This document shows, one piece after another, positions 22,926 to 33,895 of a DNA stretch of 40,646 bases. This DNA is from Octopus bimaculoides (lineage: Eukaryota). Each line of letters begins with the position of its first letter. The stretch's first letter is position 1. Position numbers and translations under genes: made by a program. The notes under the pieces are model-generated. The model was not told the origin of the DNA, ran no database searches, and saw nothing but the letters and a program-made list of their open reading frames with translations. The stretch lies in assembly GCF_001194135.2 (NCBI RefSeq), contig NC_068997.1, positions 47,688,521-47,729,166 of the forward strand, given 5' to 3'.

Positions 22926-24569
22926 ACAACAGATAAGGTAATATTGGTCACATTGTTACAGAAATATGAGAGATTCCTGAGGTCTCACAGATTTGTTGGT
23001 AAGGTCACAGAGTATTACAAATGTTATAATTTCTTATTGAATAATTAACTTATAATGCTTCTTAATGAAATCAAATGTTCAGATTTTTAAGATGTAGCAG
23101 GAGATAGCCATTCACTTAAGAGAACTCTAAAAACTTCATCATCATTTACATCTGTTTGTTTTTTCATGCTGGCATAGGTGGGACAGCTAAAATAGAATAG
23201 GCCCTACCCTAGGAGTTGAACCTTGTATCTATCCTACAACAAGCAACTGAATTACTTATTACACCAAACACGTTTTGCATGCATGTTTGCATGTCAGAAA
23301 TCTTACTTTATCCTGTCTCTGTAAGTACTAGAAGAAAGTTTTTCTACAAAATATGGCTGCTACGCAAATAGTGTTGAGGTGTTGTTACAATAGATAATGA
23401 TAGCAGCTGTGTAGAGTGCCACATCTAACCTGTGGCTTTAAGAAGCTGTGTCATGTAAAGTAGCTGGCAGACCATTCTGACTGCTAAATTAAACCAGGTG
23501 AGGATAACCATTAGTGAGCTAAGGTGTGTCTATAATAACATGAGAAGACTAAATCTGAAGGAATGGACAAACGAGAACAACAATGTGTTTAATCATCAAA
23601 CAGCTTCAGTAAACATAGAATGTTGGGAGCATGATGACACATTACAGGGGTCTTATTGATCCCCTGTGTCTAGATGTACCTCCAGCTGCCTTCACCACAT
23701 CTTATTTCTAAAGGGAAGCAGGCCTGAATGAAAGCGTGAGGCTGATATTGCTTAACCCTCCTCCCTCACACTTCCATTCAGAAAAGCTAAACCTTTCTGA
23801 TCCCTACCAGTATGCAAAGATCAATAAATAAACTTAGAAATCTTTGAGGAAATGAGTTCAGTTCGTACTTAAAACTGAACAAGATCCCACTTTCTTGCAG
23901 TGAAATAGTAGATTCTGGAGAAACCAGTGATGGTTCAGTGTTAGTAAATGGTAAATACAAAACACTGATGAAGTGGAAGAAATTATTTTGTGGCAAGGAA
24001 AAATGAGAAGGCTAACATTTTAGGCATAATTCTTGATTGTAAAGAGATGAAATATTAACTTGTAGTGGTGGATAAATAATTTTTTTTCCTTATTATCTCT
24101 CCCTTTCTTTTAATCTTCATCATTAATTGTTTTTTACTCATGCTACTCCTTATGTATTTACTTATTACTTACAACTAATAAATATTTTATCTCTTTCTGA
24201 TGACGAGTTCTGGCTTAAAATGTTAGACTTCTCACCTTCCTTATGGTAAAGCAATTTGCTTAACATTGTGCACACATTATCTCAAAGATCTGATTTGTAA
24301 AACTGATTACAACTGTATAAAGGCAAGAAGAGATCAGTAACAACAATAGTGTCTAGTTAGTGAATAGAGTAGATTTTGCTCAGAGCAGAGTGGTTAAATA
24401 AATCACTAGACATAGACTTACAAGGAAAAAAATTAAAATACATATATAAGAATTGGATGAGATATGATGGCTCGGCCGTCTCTCCCCAGTTCTTATATTA
24501 ATCATTAAAATCCAGAAATACAACAACACGAGGGATAACGTTAACAGCAGATCAATAATTTATTCTAGG

Positions 24570-24830
24570 TTGGTGTAGAGCCGTTTCGTTCCTGGGTGAA
24601 CAGGCATGCCACTAGAATACCAAAACAAGCTTCGACCACATGTCGGGGTCGAGTTGGGACACGTGTTGTCGCCACCGCTGCTAGAGAGAAAAGAGAGAGA
24701 ACGTTATTGCTTTCTCTCCACCTGTTGCATTGCGCATGCGTGCTTGGGTACTTCCGCTGATGGCTAATCCCTTGCACATGCGCAATGGCACTTCCCAAGA
24801 TGGCGGCCACACGCGCCACTACACATAAAA
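24570..24830. promoter_or_regulatory. CpG-rich housekeeping-type core promoter candidate, possibly bidirectional
   Basis: Dense CpG in an otherwise CpG-poor window. E-box CACGTG 24660-24665, NRF1-type TGCGCATGCG 24731-24740 and TGCACATGCGCA 24773-24784, ETS-type ACTTCCGC 24750-24757 and ACTTCC 24790-24795, YY1 CAAGATGGCGGCC 24796-24808. Confidence 0.7.
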
Positions 24831-24895
24831 AAAGACAGTCTAAGTATAAGAGACATAAAAAAAAAAGAATTGTGGAGATCAAAGTGAAAGGCAAT
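24800..24895 (+). CDS. Candidate first coding exon of an unidentified nested antisense gene: MAATRATTHKKRQSKYKRHKKKRIVEIKVKGN
   Basis: The ATG lies inside the YY1 motif (AAGATGGCG). The frame is open and Lys/Arg-rich, followed by donor-like AAT|GTAGGT at 24896 (alternative G|GTTAAT at 24900). No downstream exon could be identified. Confidence 0.4.
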
Positions 24896-25399
24896 GTAGG
24901 TTAATCAAAATTTGTTTTTTTAAAAAAAAAACAGAAACCCAGCCCTCACACACCCTGTGTAAGCCTTCAGATAAGATCAGCAGGATAAATGATCTATTTT
25001 AATAGAAAGATAGGCAAAAAATTACGTTTTAATTTTTTGACTAAATTCTTTTGATATTAGCCTAAATTCTTTTGATATTAGTAATACTACCACTGGTTCA
25101 GGGACACAAACTTCCTGCTTGAAAGCGATCTAAATTTAAGCCTTCCATTAAAATTTCATGTTAATTTACTTTCCTTTCACTCCCTCCCTTACCTTTCATT
25201 GCTTAACCCCCCGCCCCTTTTTTCTTTTTCTGTTTCCTTGTAGAAGTAATTCAGGGGTAGCTGTTTTAGTGATTGATTTCCGATTTCAAATGTTTTTTTA
25301 AAGTGAAAGATTTTTTTGATAAATCTATGTCCTCAATAAATCAGTTTAATAATAAAGAAGTTATTTTACTGAATTCAGTATTTTCAAAATTATTTATAA

Positions 25400-25612
25400 T
25401 AATCCTTTCTACTACAAGCACAAGGCCTGAAATTTTGGGGGAGGGGACTAGCTGATTACATTGACCCCAGTGTTTCACTGGTACTTAATTTATCGACCCC
25501 AAAAGGATGAAAGGCAAAGTCAACCTCAGCGGAATTTGAACTCAAAACGTAGCGACAGACAAAATACCACTAAACATTTCACCTGGCATGCTAATGATTC
25601 TGCCAGCTTGTT
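25400..25612 (-). mobile_element. SINE family C
   Basis: Reverse complement of the 21624 and 31310 copies. Confidence 0.8.
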
Positions 25613-25844
25613 GCCGGGTTCCCTGTATCTCAGCTTACGTTTACTCTACATAAACATAATATACCTTTTTGGAATCAGGATGATACCAGGATTGAAAATC
25701 TGCCCTTCATTTGGTTCTTGAACATCCAGCTTTGGGATCAGGTCTGGATGAGGATGTGTGGACTTAGAAGTTTTTCATTTAAACTAAATTTAAAATAATA
25801 TCATGTTGGTAGGATAACAATAAATGCTTTATTATTATTGCTCA

Positions 25845-26175
25845 CTTTAGTTTTAAGCTGCAGGCCCAATTAGAGCTCTGTAGGAACAAGCTTAAAAGTT
25901 TGCATGGAGTGCAGCTTTTAAGCTGATTTGAAATAGAAGCAGAACATTTCAACAGAAATATGGTAATAAAAGTGTTGAAACCTTTTCACTTGGCTGACAT
26001 AAAAGCTTCAAAGGAGACCTTGAAAATTATCGTGAAACTTTCCATACAAACTTGTAATAATGCAACTTATATGAAGAGAAAGACTTCACCCAATTCAGTT
26101 CTTACAGTTAAACAAAGATCAAGGTTATGTGAAATCAACATTGGGCGAAATAATAAAAAAAAGGAAGAACAATGA
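25845..26175 (+). mobile_element. pogo/Tigger-like 5' relic
   Basis: MKRKTSPNSVLTVKQRSRLCEI from ATG 26071 resembles the start of a CENP-B-type HTH. Upstream subterminal palindrome agcttaaaagtttgca-tggag-tgcagcttttaagct. Confidence 0.5.
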
Positions 26176-26699
26176 CGAAATAAGGTTTCCACAATTGACT
26201 GTGAACTGAGGATAGTAAATCAGTGTAATTGGTAGGCTACTAATAATCAGTAGGAGGGGATTGGACAAGTTCAGTTGTCATGAGAAGGGAAAAATCTAAT
26301 AGTTTGTGCCTTGCTTCTTTCATGTGTTGCACCAATTGAACTGATCCAATTCTTTTATGTATTTTTCTATTAAATACAAAGCATCACCAATTTTCTTCAG
26401 AGTTTAGATTTTTATCCTACAGAATGAGATTTTGTCTGGGTCAGAATAAATTGAACTGAAAATATAAACAGTATTAGATATGGCAGTGTGGTTAACCCTC
26501 CAGTGGTGCAGTGGGGTATCTCATACCCTAGGTGATGTTTGTATATGTGCATCTTGCATCTGGCAGCAGTGATAGTGGAGTATGCTGAGAAATTACATGG
26601 ATGGATAACACTGAGTTAATGCACAACTCCACTCAGTTATTTACATTATTTACATTTGACGCATCTTTGTCCTAATCTTGTTTGTTGTTAACACAATGT

Positions 26700-27425
26700 T
26701 TTGGCTGATATGCCCTCCAGCCTTGTCCCACCAACATCGCTTGACAACCGATGGTGGTGTGTTTACATCCCAATAACTTAGCGGTTTGGCAAAAGAGACC
26801 GATAGAATAAGTACTAGGCTTACAAAGAATAAGTCCTGGGGTTGATTTGTTGATTAAAAGCGGTGCTCCAGCATGGCCACAGTCAAAATGACTGAAACAA
26901 GTAAAAGAGCAAAAGAGTATCAGAATATGTTTTTTGGTAATATTATTGCTAAAGAACACATATAAAGTAATAAAAAGCAAAAACTATGAATGGGGATCTC
27001 CGTACCCCACCACACTAACTATGAAAAATACAGAACCACACCACCAGAGGCTCCCCAACCATGTGGTCTTGGGTTCAGTCCCACTGAGCAGCACCTTAGG
27101 CTCCAGGCTGACCAAAGGTTTGTAAGTAAATTTGTTAGATGGAAACTGCTGTATATGTATATACATATATAAGCTTTTTTTATTTCTCTTTTTTTTCACT
27201 TTCTACACCCATACACATGTATGCATGCATGTATGTGTGTGCATATACTTGAATATATCTGTGTTGTGTTTGTACCCCACCATTGCTCGACAGATGGTGT
27301 TGGTTTGTTTATGTCCCTGTAACTTGGTAGTTTGACAAAAGAGATCAAAAGAATAAGTTTCTGGCTTAAAAGAAATGCTCCAGCATGGTCAGAGACCAAT
27401 AACTGAAGCAAGCAGAAAGATAAAA
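26700..27425 (+). mobile_element. SINE family A: 3' half (about 26700-26910) and full copy (about 27030-27425)
   Basis: Family A body and tail blocks present twice. Confidence 0.8.
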
Positions 27426-27654
27426 GATTTTTTCATAGTCAGAAGTGTAGGGTTAACATTGCACTGTGATGTGAAGATCACCTGAGAGCAATTTCTCTCC
27501 ACTCAGGCATCATGATTCAGCNNNNNNNNNNNNNNNNNNNNNNNNNNNNNNNNNNNNNNNNNNNNNNNNNNNNNNNNNNNNNNNNNNNNNNNNNNNNNNN
27601 NNNNNNNNNNNNNNNNNTGAGGAAGGAAGATGTTGTCTCAGTTATAAGTAACAT

Positions 27655-27752
27655 CATCATCATCATCATCATCATCGTTTAACGTCCGCTTTCCATGCTA
27701 GCATGGGTTGGACGATTTGACTGAGGACTGGTGAAACCAGATGGCTACACCA
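27655..27752 (-). mobile_element. Truncated RTE-tail family copy
   Basis: (CAT)n gtttaacgtccgctttccatgctagcatgggttggacgatttgactgaggactggtgaaaccagatggctacaccag. Confidence 0.8.
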
Positions 27753-28041
27753 GATGTGGAGATACAAAACAGGCACGGCATTTAGAACAGTGGTGGGGAA
27801 AATAAGGGCATAAAATGGGCAATAGACAGGGACGCACAAAACAACAGGCAAGGGATGAGTGTAAACAGCATCTCACTACTTCGACAAGTATTTCACTAAG
27901 CTTGTGAGAGAAGATCAGGTTTTTCTGCCTCACCATCAATGGCTAGTCTTTTGTCATCCCTTTCATCAGATGTAAAAATCTCAAGGTCCCAAATCTTTTT
28001 TGATCTCCAGCCAAGTCAATGATATGTCAGAATAGTAATTC

Positions 28042-28357
28042 TTAACCATTGAAACCCCTTCACCCTGTTTTACTTGGGTGGTTCCTCACAGCAGTTTGAT
28101 ATTTAATGAAGACCTTAGTTCCTAATAATATTTAATTTTAGTTATACAATGTGTAAGAAATTTGTGAAATATTTTGTGCATTGTAAAAGCATAACCAATT
28201 TATTGCACTTGAATTTTAATGGCAAAATCATATATAGACCTCACAAGGGTCATATGGGCCCCATTTTTTTTTTTTGTATAATTATTGACCTATTCATTTT
28301 TTATTTTTTGACCCCCTACCAACTTGCCCAAATCAGCCAAGCTGTCAATGGGGTTAA
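28042..28357. mobile_element. TTAA-flanked piggyBac-like MITE (family 3)
   Basis: TTAA-ccattgaaa at the left and tgtcaatgggg-TTAA at the right form an imperfect TIR. Confidence 0.55.
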
Positions 28358-30054
28358 TCCGATGTTTTATGCAATTTCTGAAAAATGATTTTGTAATCTT
28401 TACTTATTGTAATTGATAAAAAAAATATTCGATGTAAATTGGATTAATATATTTATTTATTATTATTTATTTCAGAAGCACTGTGTTAGAGGAATTGGTA
28501 ATCAGTACCCCAAAGTTTGCTAGCCTAATCAAAATATAATATGGACAATAGCCAGTATGTAATCCACTCTTTGCTAACCAAATCAAACCTATGTTGGGGA
28601 TTATGGCTAATATGTAATCCACACATTTTAAACCTAGAAAATCATATAGTGGGGCTTGAAATATGTTTGTCAGTTGTTAGTCCACGATTGCAAACAATCC
28701 TTGTTCATAAAGTTAGTTTTCTAAAATGTTTTACGATCTAATTTAAGTAAATTAAATTCATACATAGTCCAATTAATTTATAAATGAATTCTCAGTATAA
28801 CGAGTCAAGGTCATATAAATGTACCTGAGTTTCCATGCTAGTTAGCAGCCCCATAAACCTATAAACTAACTGAATAACCTTGAAGATGGTGGTATTTACT
28901 ACAAGGAATAAAAGGAAAAATACAAAAAGTTAAAAGTAGCAATGTGTAAATCTGTTCATTTTGATCTGTGTTTTGTTTGGAAATATCAAAACAACTGTCA
29001 CAAAAGACACCTTAGGAAAAATATTAAAAAAAACAGAAAAAAATCCTGTGACTGTGGGTGGGAAGATAAACTAAATATCATCCATTGTTCGGCCTGTTCA
29101 TTTGTTCACAGTAATGCATACACATATATACACACACAGACTGGTTTATTACTTGGCAACTTGTGGAAAATCAACAACCGAGAGAAAGGGTAGTTAGAAT
29201 ACAGGTGGGGTGGGAAACTGTGTTGTCTATGTGAATAAAGTACATAAAAGAATGTGTGTGTGTGTGTGTGTGTGTGTGATAATAGATATTGAATCCTTTC
29301 TTCACTTTCAATGTTCTGAAACTTAAATTACGTAAATGAGTGTGTGTGTGTATACGCATGTGTGTGTGTATGCATGTGTGTGTGTGTGTGCGTTTTTGAG
29401 TGTATTTGCATCCATACCATTGTTGTTGTCATCATCACCATCAACTTCACACAGCTGCTTTCCATACCTGCATACTGCAGGCAGCTTGTTGCTGTGATCC
29501 TCGATGATTTAGAGGACCACACCTCCCTCATAAGTTAGATATTTTGACTTGGTTTTTACAATTTGATGCCCTTCCTACCACCAACCACTTTACAAAATTA
29601 AGTGGGTGCAAATTTTTCATGGTCCCCAGTACTAGGAACATGGTCATGTTGTCAACAAGACTGAAAGGGACCTCTCCACCCTACAATTAACAGGGGGTAC
29701 AGGCTGCATTTTACTGGGACACCAGCACAAGAAGATAGGGGTAAAAGAGTGAGGAATAGCAAAAGGTAGAGAAATGGTAAGAGGGAATGAAGGATGTTGG
29801 TACCAAATGGTCAAGGAAGAAGTATAAGTACAATGTACAGGGTACAGGCATGTCAGGGGAGGTCCCTTAAGGAAATGTCTCATGATAGGGAAATAATGAG
29901 AATCACTGTATTATTTATAATAAATAGATAAATACTTTGCTTGATATTTTGAACAAAAGTGTTTTCCCTATGGCTGCAAAGATTTTGATAAAAGTGACAA
30001 AAATTGGATTTAGAGAGATAATTGATGCATAACTATGGCTATAATGTGAAGGGA

Positions 30055-30460
30055 CACTTGAAGAGTGTAGCGTGTGGTACGAAGCTTGCTTACTAACCAC
30101 ATGGCTTGGGGTTCAGTCCCACTGCATGGCACCTTGAGCAAGTGTCTTCTTCTACAGCCTTGGTCTGACCAAAGCTTTGTCAGTAGATTTGGTAGATGGA
30201 AACTGAAAGAAGCCTGTCATATAGATGTGTATATATATATATAGATCAATGTGTGTGTGTCTGTAACCTACCATTGCTTGATAACTGGTGTTGGTGTGTT
30301 TACATCCCTGTAACTTAGTCGTTCAGCAAAAGAGACCAATAGAATAAGTACTAGGTTTATAAAAAAAAAAGTACTGGAGTTGATACATTTGACTTAAAAT
30401 TCTTCAAGGTGGTGCCACAGCATGGCCACGGTCTAATGACTGAAATAAGTAAAAGATAAA
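30055..30460 (+). mobile_element. SINE family A
   Basis: Head cgtgtggtacgaagcttgcttactaaccacatgg through tail gaaataagtaaaagataaag. Confidence 0.85.
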
Positions 30461-30469
30461 GACATTTAT

Positions 30470-30700
30470 GTACTCTTATATTGTTTCAGTCATTTGACTG
30501 GAGCACTGCCTTTAGTCAAACAAATCGACCCCAGGACTTATTCTTTGTAAGCCTAGTACTTATCCTGTTGGTCTCTTTTGCCGAACCGCTAAGTTACGGG
30601 AACGTAAACACACCAGCATCGGTTGTCAAGCGATGTTGGCAGGGACAAACACACACACACACACACACAAACACATATATATATACATATATATATATAT
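30470..30700 (-). mobile_element. SINE family A 3' half, tail-to-tail with the previous copy
   Basis: ttgtttcagtcatttgact...cacaccagcatcggttgtcaagcg, running into the N gap. Confidence 0.85.
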
Positions 30701-31208
30701 ANNNNNNNNNNNNNNNNNNNNNNNNNNNNNNNNNNNNNNNNNNNNNNNNNNNNNNNNNNNNNNNNNNNNNNNNNNNNNNNNNNNNNNNNNNNNNNNNNNN
30801 NNNNNNNNNNNNNNNNNNNNNNNNNNNNNNNNNNNNNNNNNNNNNNNNNNNNNNNNNNNNNNNNNNNNNNNNNNNNNNNNNNNNNNNNNNNNNNNNNNNN
30901 NNNNNNNNNNNNNNNNNNNNNNNNNNNNNNNNNNNNNNNNNNNNNNNNNNNNNNNNNNNNNNNNNNNNNNNNNNNNNNNNNNNNNNNNNNNNNNNNNNNN
31001 NNNNNNNNNNNNNNNNNNNNNNNNNNNNNNNNNNNNNNNNNNNNNNNNNNNNNNNNNNNNNNNNNNNNNNNNNNNNNNNNNNNNNNNNNNNNNNNNNNNN
31101 NNNNNNNNNNNNNNNNNNNNNNNNNNNNNNNNNNNNNNNNNNNNNNNNNNNNNNNNNNNNNNNNNNNNNNNNNNNNNNNNNNNNNNNNNNNNNNNNNNNN
31201 NNNNNNNN

Positions 31209-31240
<32 letters not shown>

Positions 31241-31309
31241 AATAATTGGTCAGTTGTTCAAGTCTGAAAAAAATCTTTTGAGCAGTAATATTCTATGTTG
31301 TAATATTTT

Positions 31310-31530
31310 AAGGCAGTCAGCTGGCAGAAACGTCTGCATGCCGGTGAAATGCTTAGTGGTATTCTGTCTGTCTTTACAATCTGAGTTCAAATTCTGCCAA
31401 GGTCGACTTTGCCTTTCATCCTTTTGGAGGTTGATAAATTACATACCAGTTGCGTACTGGGGTTGCTCTAATCGACTGGCCCTCTCCCCCAAAATTTCGG
31501 TCCTTGTACCTAGAGTAGAAAAGAATATTC
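31310..31530 (+). mobile_element. SINE family C
   Basis: gctggcagaaacg...gagttcaaattctgccaaggtcgactttgcctttcatcc. Confidence 0.8.
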
Positions 31531-31706
31531 TATGTAGTTGTTGGTTATAGTCAGACAGGAAGTTATTGTTGTTTTACTCCTGTTATGCTTTTAACAATAC
31601 AAGCAAATCTTTAGTCCTGCTAGCAGATGCCTCCAGTCAGTGGGTCTGAGTCGTAACCTATATTACTAAGAGCATAATTGGTGAAAAAAAAAGGCAACTT
31701 CCTGAC

Positions 31707-31764
<58 letters not shown>

Positions 31765-31767
<3 letters not shown>

Positions 31768-31940
31768 GAGTGGCTGTGCAATAAGAAGCTTGCTTCCCAA
31801 CCACATGGTTCCAGATTCAGTTCCACTGCATGGCACCTTGGACAAATGTCTTCTACTATAGCTTCGGGCCAACCAGAGCCTTGTGAGTAGATTTGGCAGA
31901 CAGAAACTGAAAGAAGCCCATCGTATATGTGTGTGTATGT
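31765..31940 (+). mobile_element. SINE family A 5' half
   Basis: gcaggagtggctgtgcaataagaagcttgcttcccaaccacatgg...gaaagaagccc. Confidence 0.8.
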
Positions 31941-32837
31941 GTGTCTGGATTCCAAAAGTGGCAGAAATACTAGGGCTGGTTTATTGTTGTGCAAGGTGAC
32001 CATTTTGAAAGAGATGTTGTTAAAACTTAGGTAAATAAGTTATTTTTTATTAAACATAATCAGTCCTGGACCATTTTGATATCAACTCATATATATATCA
32101 TCTACTTCACTATCATTTAACGTCCATTTTCCATGCTGACATGGGTTATAAAGTGTTATTAAAAAGGGATTATCAATCCGGACAAAATACTTCTCAAGCT
32201 CTGTATTAATACAAATATATCACGTGTTACTTTTGCTTTCATGTACAGACTCTGAAGATGATGGTATTTGTTAAAGTTGTTCAATTTTTTCAGTTGATTA
32301 ATCGACTGATTGAATAAGTAGAACTAAGAACATACCTATAATGAATATAAGTAACGGCTGTAAGTCTAAGATGTACAAATGCTGAAATATGTCAAGCCCT
32401 TTTCTGATATATGTGTGTGCGTGTGTGTGTGTGTGTTGTTATACCTGAGGATGGTTATATTTTGCTAATTAAACACATGGCAAAATATGACTGTACTCAA
32501 GTATAACAATATCTGTTTCAACACATGATTTCACATCAAGAATCTTACAAAGCAAGTAAATAAATATATATATGTGTGTGTATATATATGTGTGTGTGTA
32601 TATATATATATATATAAATATATGTATGTATATAGATAGATAGATAGATAGATAAATGGAAATGGATATATATATGATACATAATCTATATCTATGACAC
32701 AGGGTGTCATATGGGAATTTTGCTGGTTTTGTACATCCTGGTGATAAATCCACAAATATTTAAAATAGCCAAAACATCAAACGTACAAATACATTCAACC
32801 TGCCAGCAAATACTTTGTGCAAAGAGTGCTTTAATTA

Positions 32838-33232
32838 CTCTTTTACTCTTTTACTTGTTTCAGTCATTTGACTGCGGCCATGCTGGAGCACCGCCTTTAG
32901 TCGAGCAAATCGACCCCAGGACTTATTCTTTGTAAGCCTAGTACTTATTCTTTCGATCTCTTTTGCCGAACCGCTAAGTTATGGGGACGTAAACACACCA
33001 GCATCGTTTGTCAAGCAATGTTGGGGGTACAAACACAAACACACACACACGTATATATACATATATACGACGGGCTTCTTTCAGTTTCCGTCTACCAAAT
33101 CCACTCACAAGGCTTTGGTTGGCCTGAGGCTATAGTAGAAGACGCTTGCCCAAAGAGCCACACAGTGGGACTGAACCCGGAACCATGTGGTTGGTAAGCA
33201 AGCTACTTACCACACAGTCACTCCTGCGCCTA
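32838..33232 (-). mobile_element. SINE family A, well-preserved copy
   Basis: Complete copy in reverse orientation. Confidence 0.88.
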
Positions 33233-33559
33233 ATTCTTAAATTCATCATTAAAAACAGAATTTAAAATAAAATTAAATTACAGAGACTAGCCAAAGAATT
33301 AATTATAAAAATATCTTGCAATCATAATGAAAATATGTCTTTTGTGTAAAGCATTTATCAGTGTGCTCAATGAAAGTGAGAATCAAACTCAGGTTTAGAG
33401 TAATAATGTGTGTGTGTGTGTGTGTGTTTGTACTTTCCCATTTGTCTTCACATTGTTTACCCTTGTCAGAAAAGAACTAGGGAGTAAGTGAGCTTCCTTG
33501 GATGATAGTATAGCTAAAATGAGAGACATCTGAAAATAAAATAATAAATATTCAGTATA

Positions 33560-33895
33560 TAGGTGTAGGCATGGTTCTGGGTTCAGTCCCACTGCATGGC
33601 ACCTAGGATAAATGTCTTCTACTACAGCCTCAGGTTGACCATAGCCTCGTGAGTGGATTTGGTAGATGGAAACTGAAAGAAACCCATTGTGTGTGTCTCC
33701 ACCATCACTTGACAACTGGTGTTGATGTGATTACACTCATGTAACTTAACGCTTTGGCAAAAGTGACTGATAAAACAAGTATAAGGCTTTACAAAAAAAT
33801 AGTCAGCACTAGAACTGATTTGTTCAACTAAAATTCTCATAGGCGGTGCCCCAGCATAGCTGTGGTCTAATAGGTGAAACAAGCAAAAGATAAAA
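33560..33895 (+). mobile_element. SINE family A
   Basis: Head catggttctgggttcagtcccactgc through tail gaaacaagcaaaagataaaa. Confidence 0.8.

Noticed and set aside
24740-24830. Possible structured RNA gene (SRP-like GTGGCGCGTG, telomerase-template-like CTAATCCCT)
   Set aside because: The matches are under 10 nt or imperfect, with no supporting downstream structure. The transcription-factor motifs explain the region better.
25665-25743. Minus-strand candidate exon (D)LIPKLDVQEPNEGQIFNPGIILIPKR with an AG|gtatat donor in the right phase for the 22247 exon
   Set aside because: Does not match the expected GYPxR..F..R myosin segment. The acceptor is weak, and at 79 nt with phase 1 in it cannot be an in-frame cassette.
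25865-25925. LRR-like peptide AQLELCRNKLKSL after a ctgcag acceptor
   Set aside because: Ends in a stop with no donor, and lies in the palindromic end of a pogo-like relic.
29455-29533. Plus-strand candidate exon LLSIPAYCRQLVAVILDDLEDHTSLI, and minus-strand CLQYAG|gtatgg
   Set aside because: Adjacent to a (GAT/AAC)n-type tail and more simply read as a LINE 3' end. Splice sites are mediocre and there is no recognisable homology.
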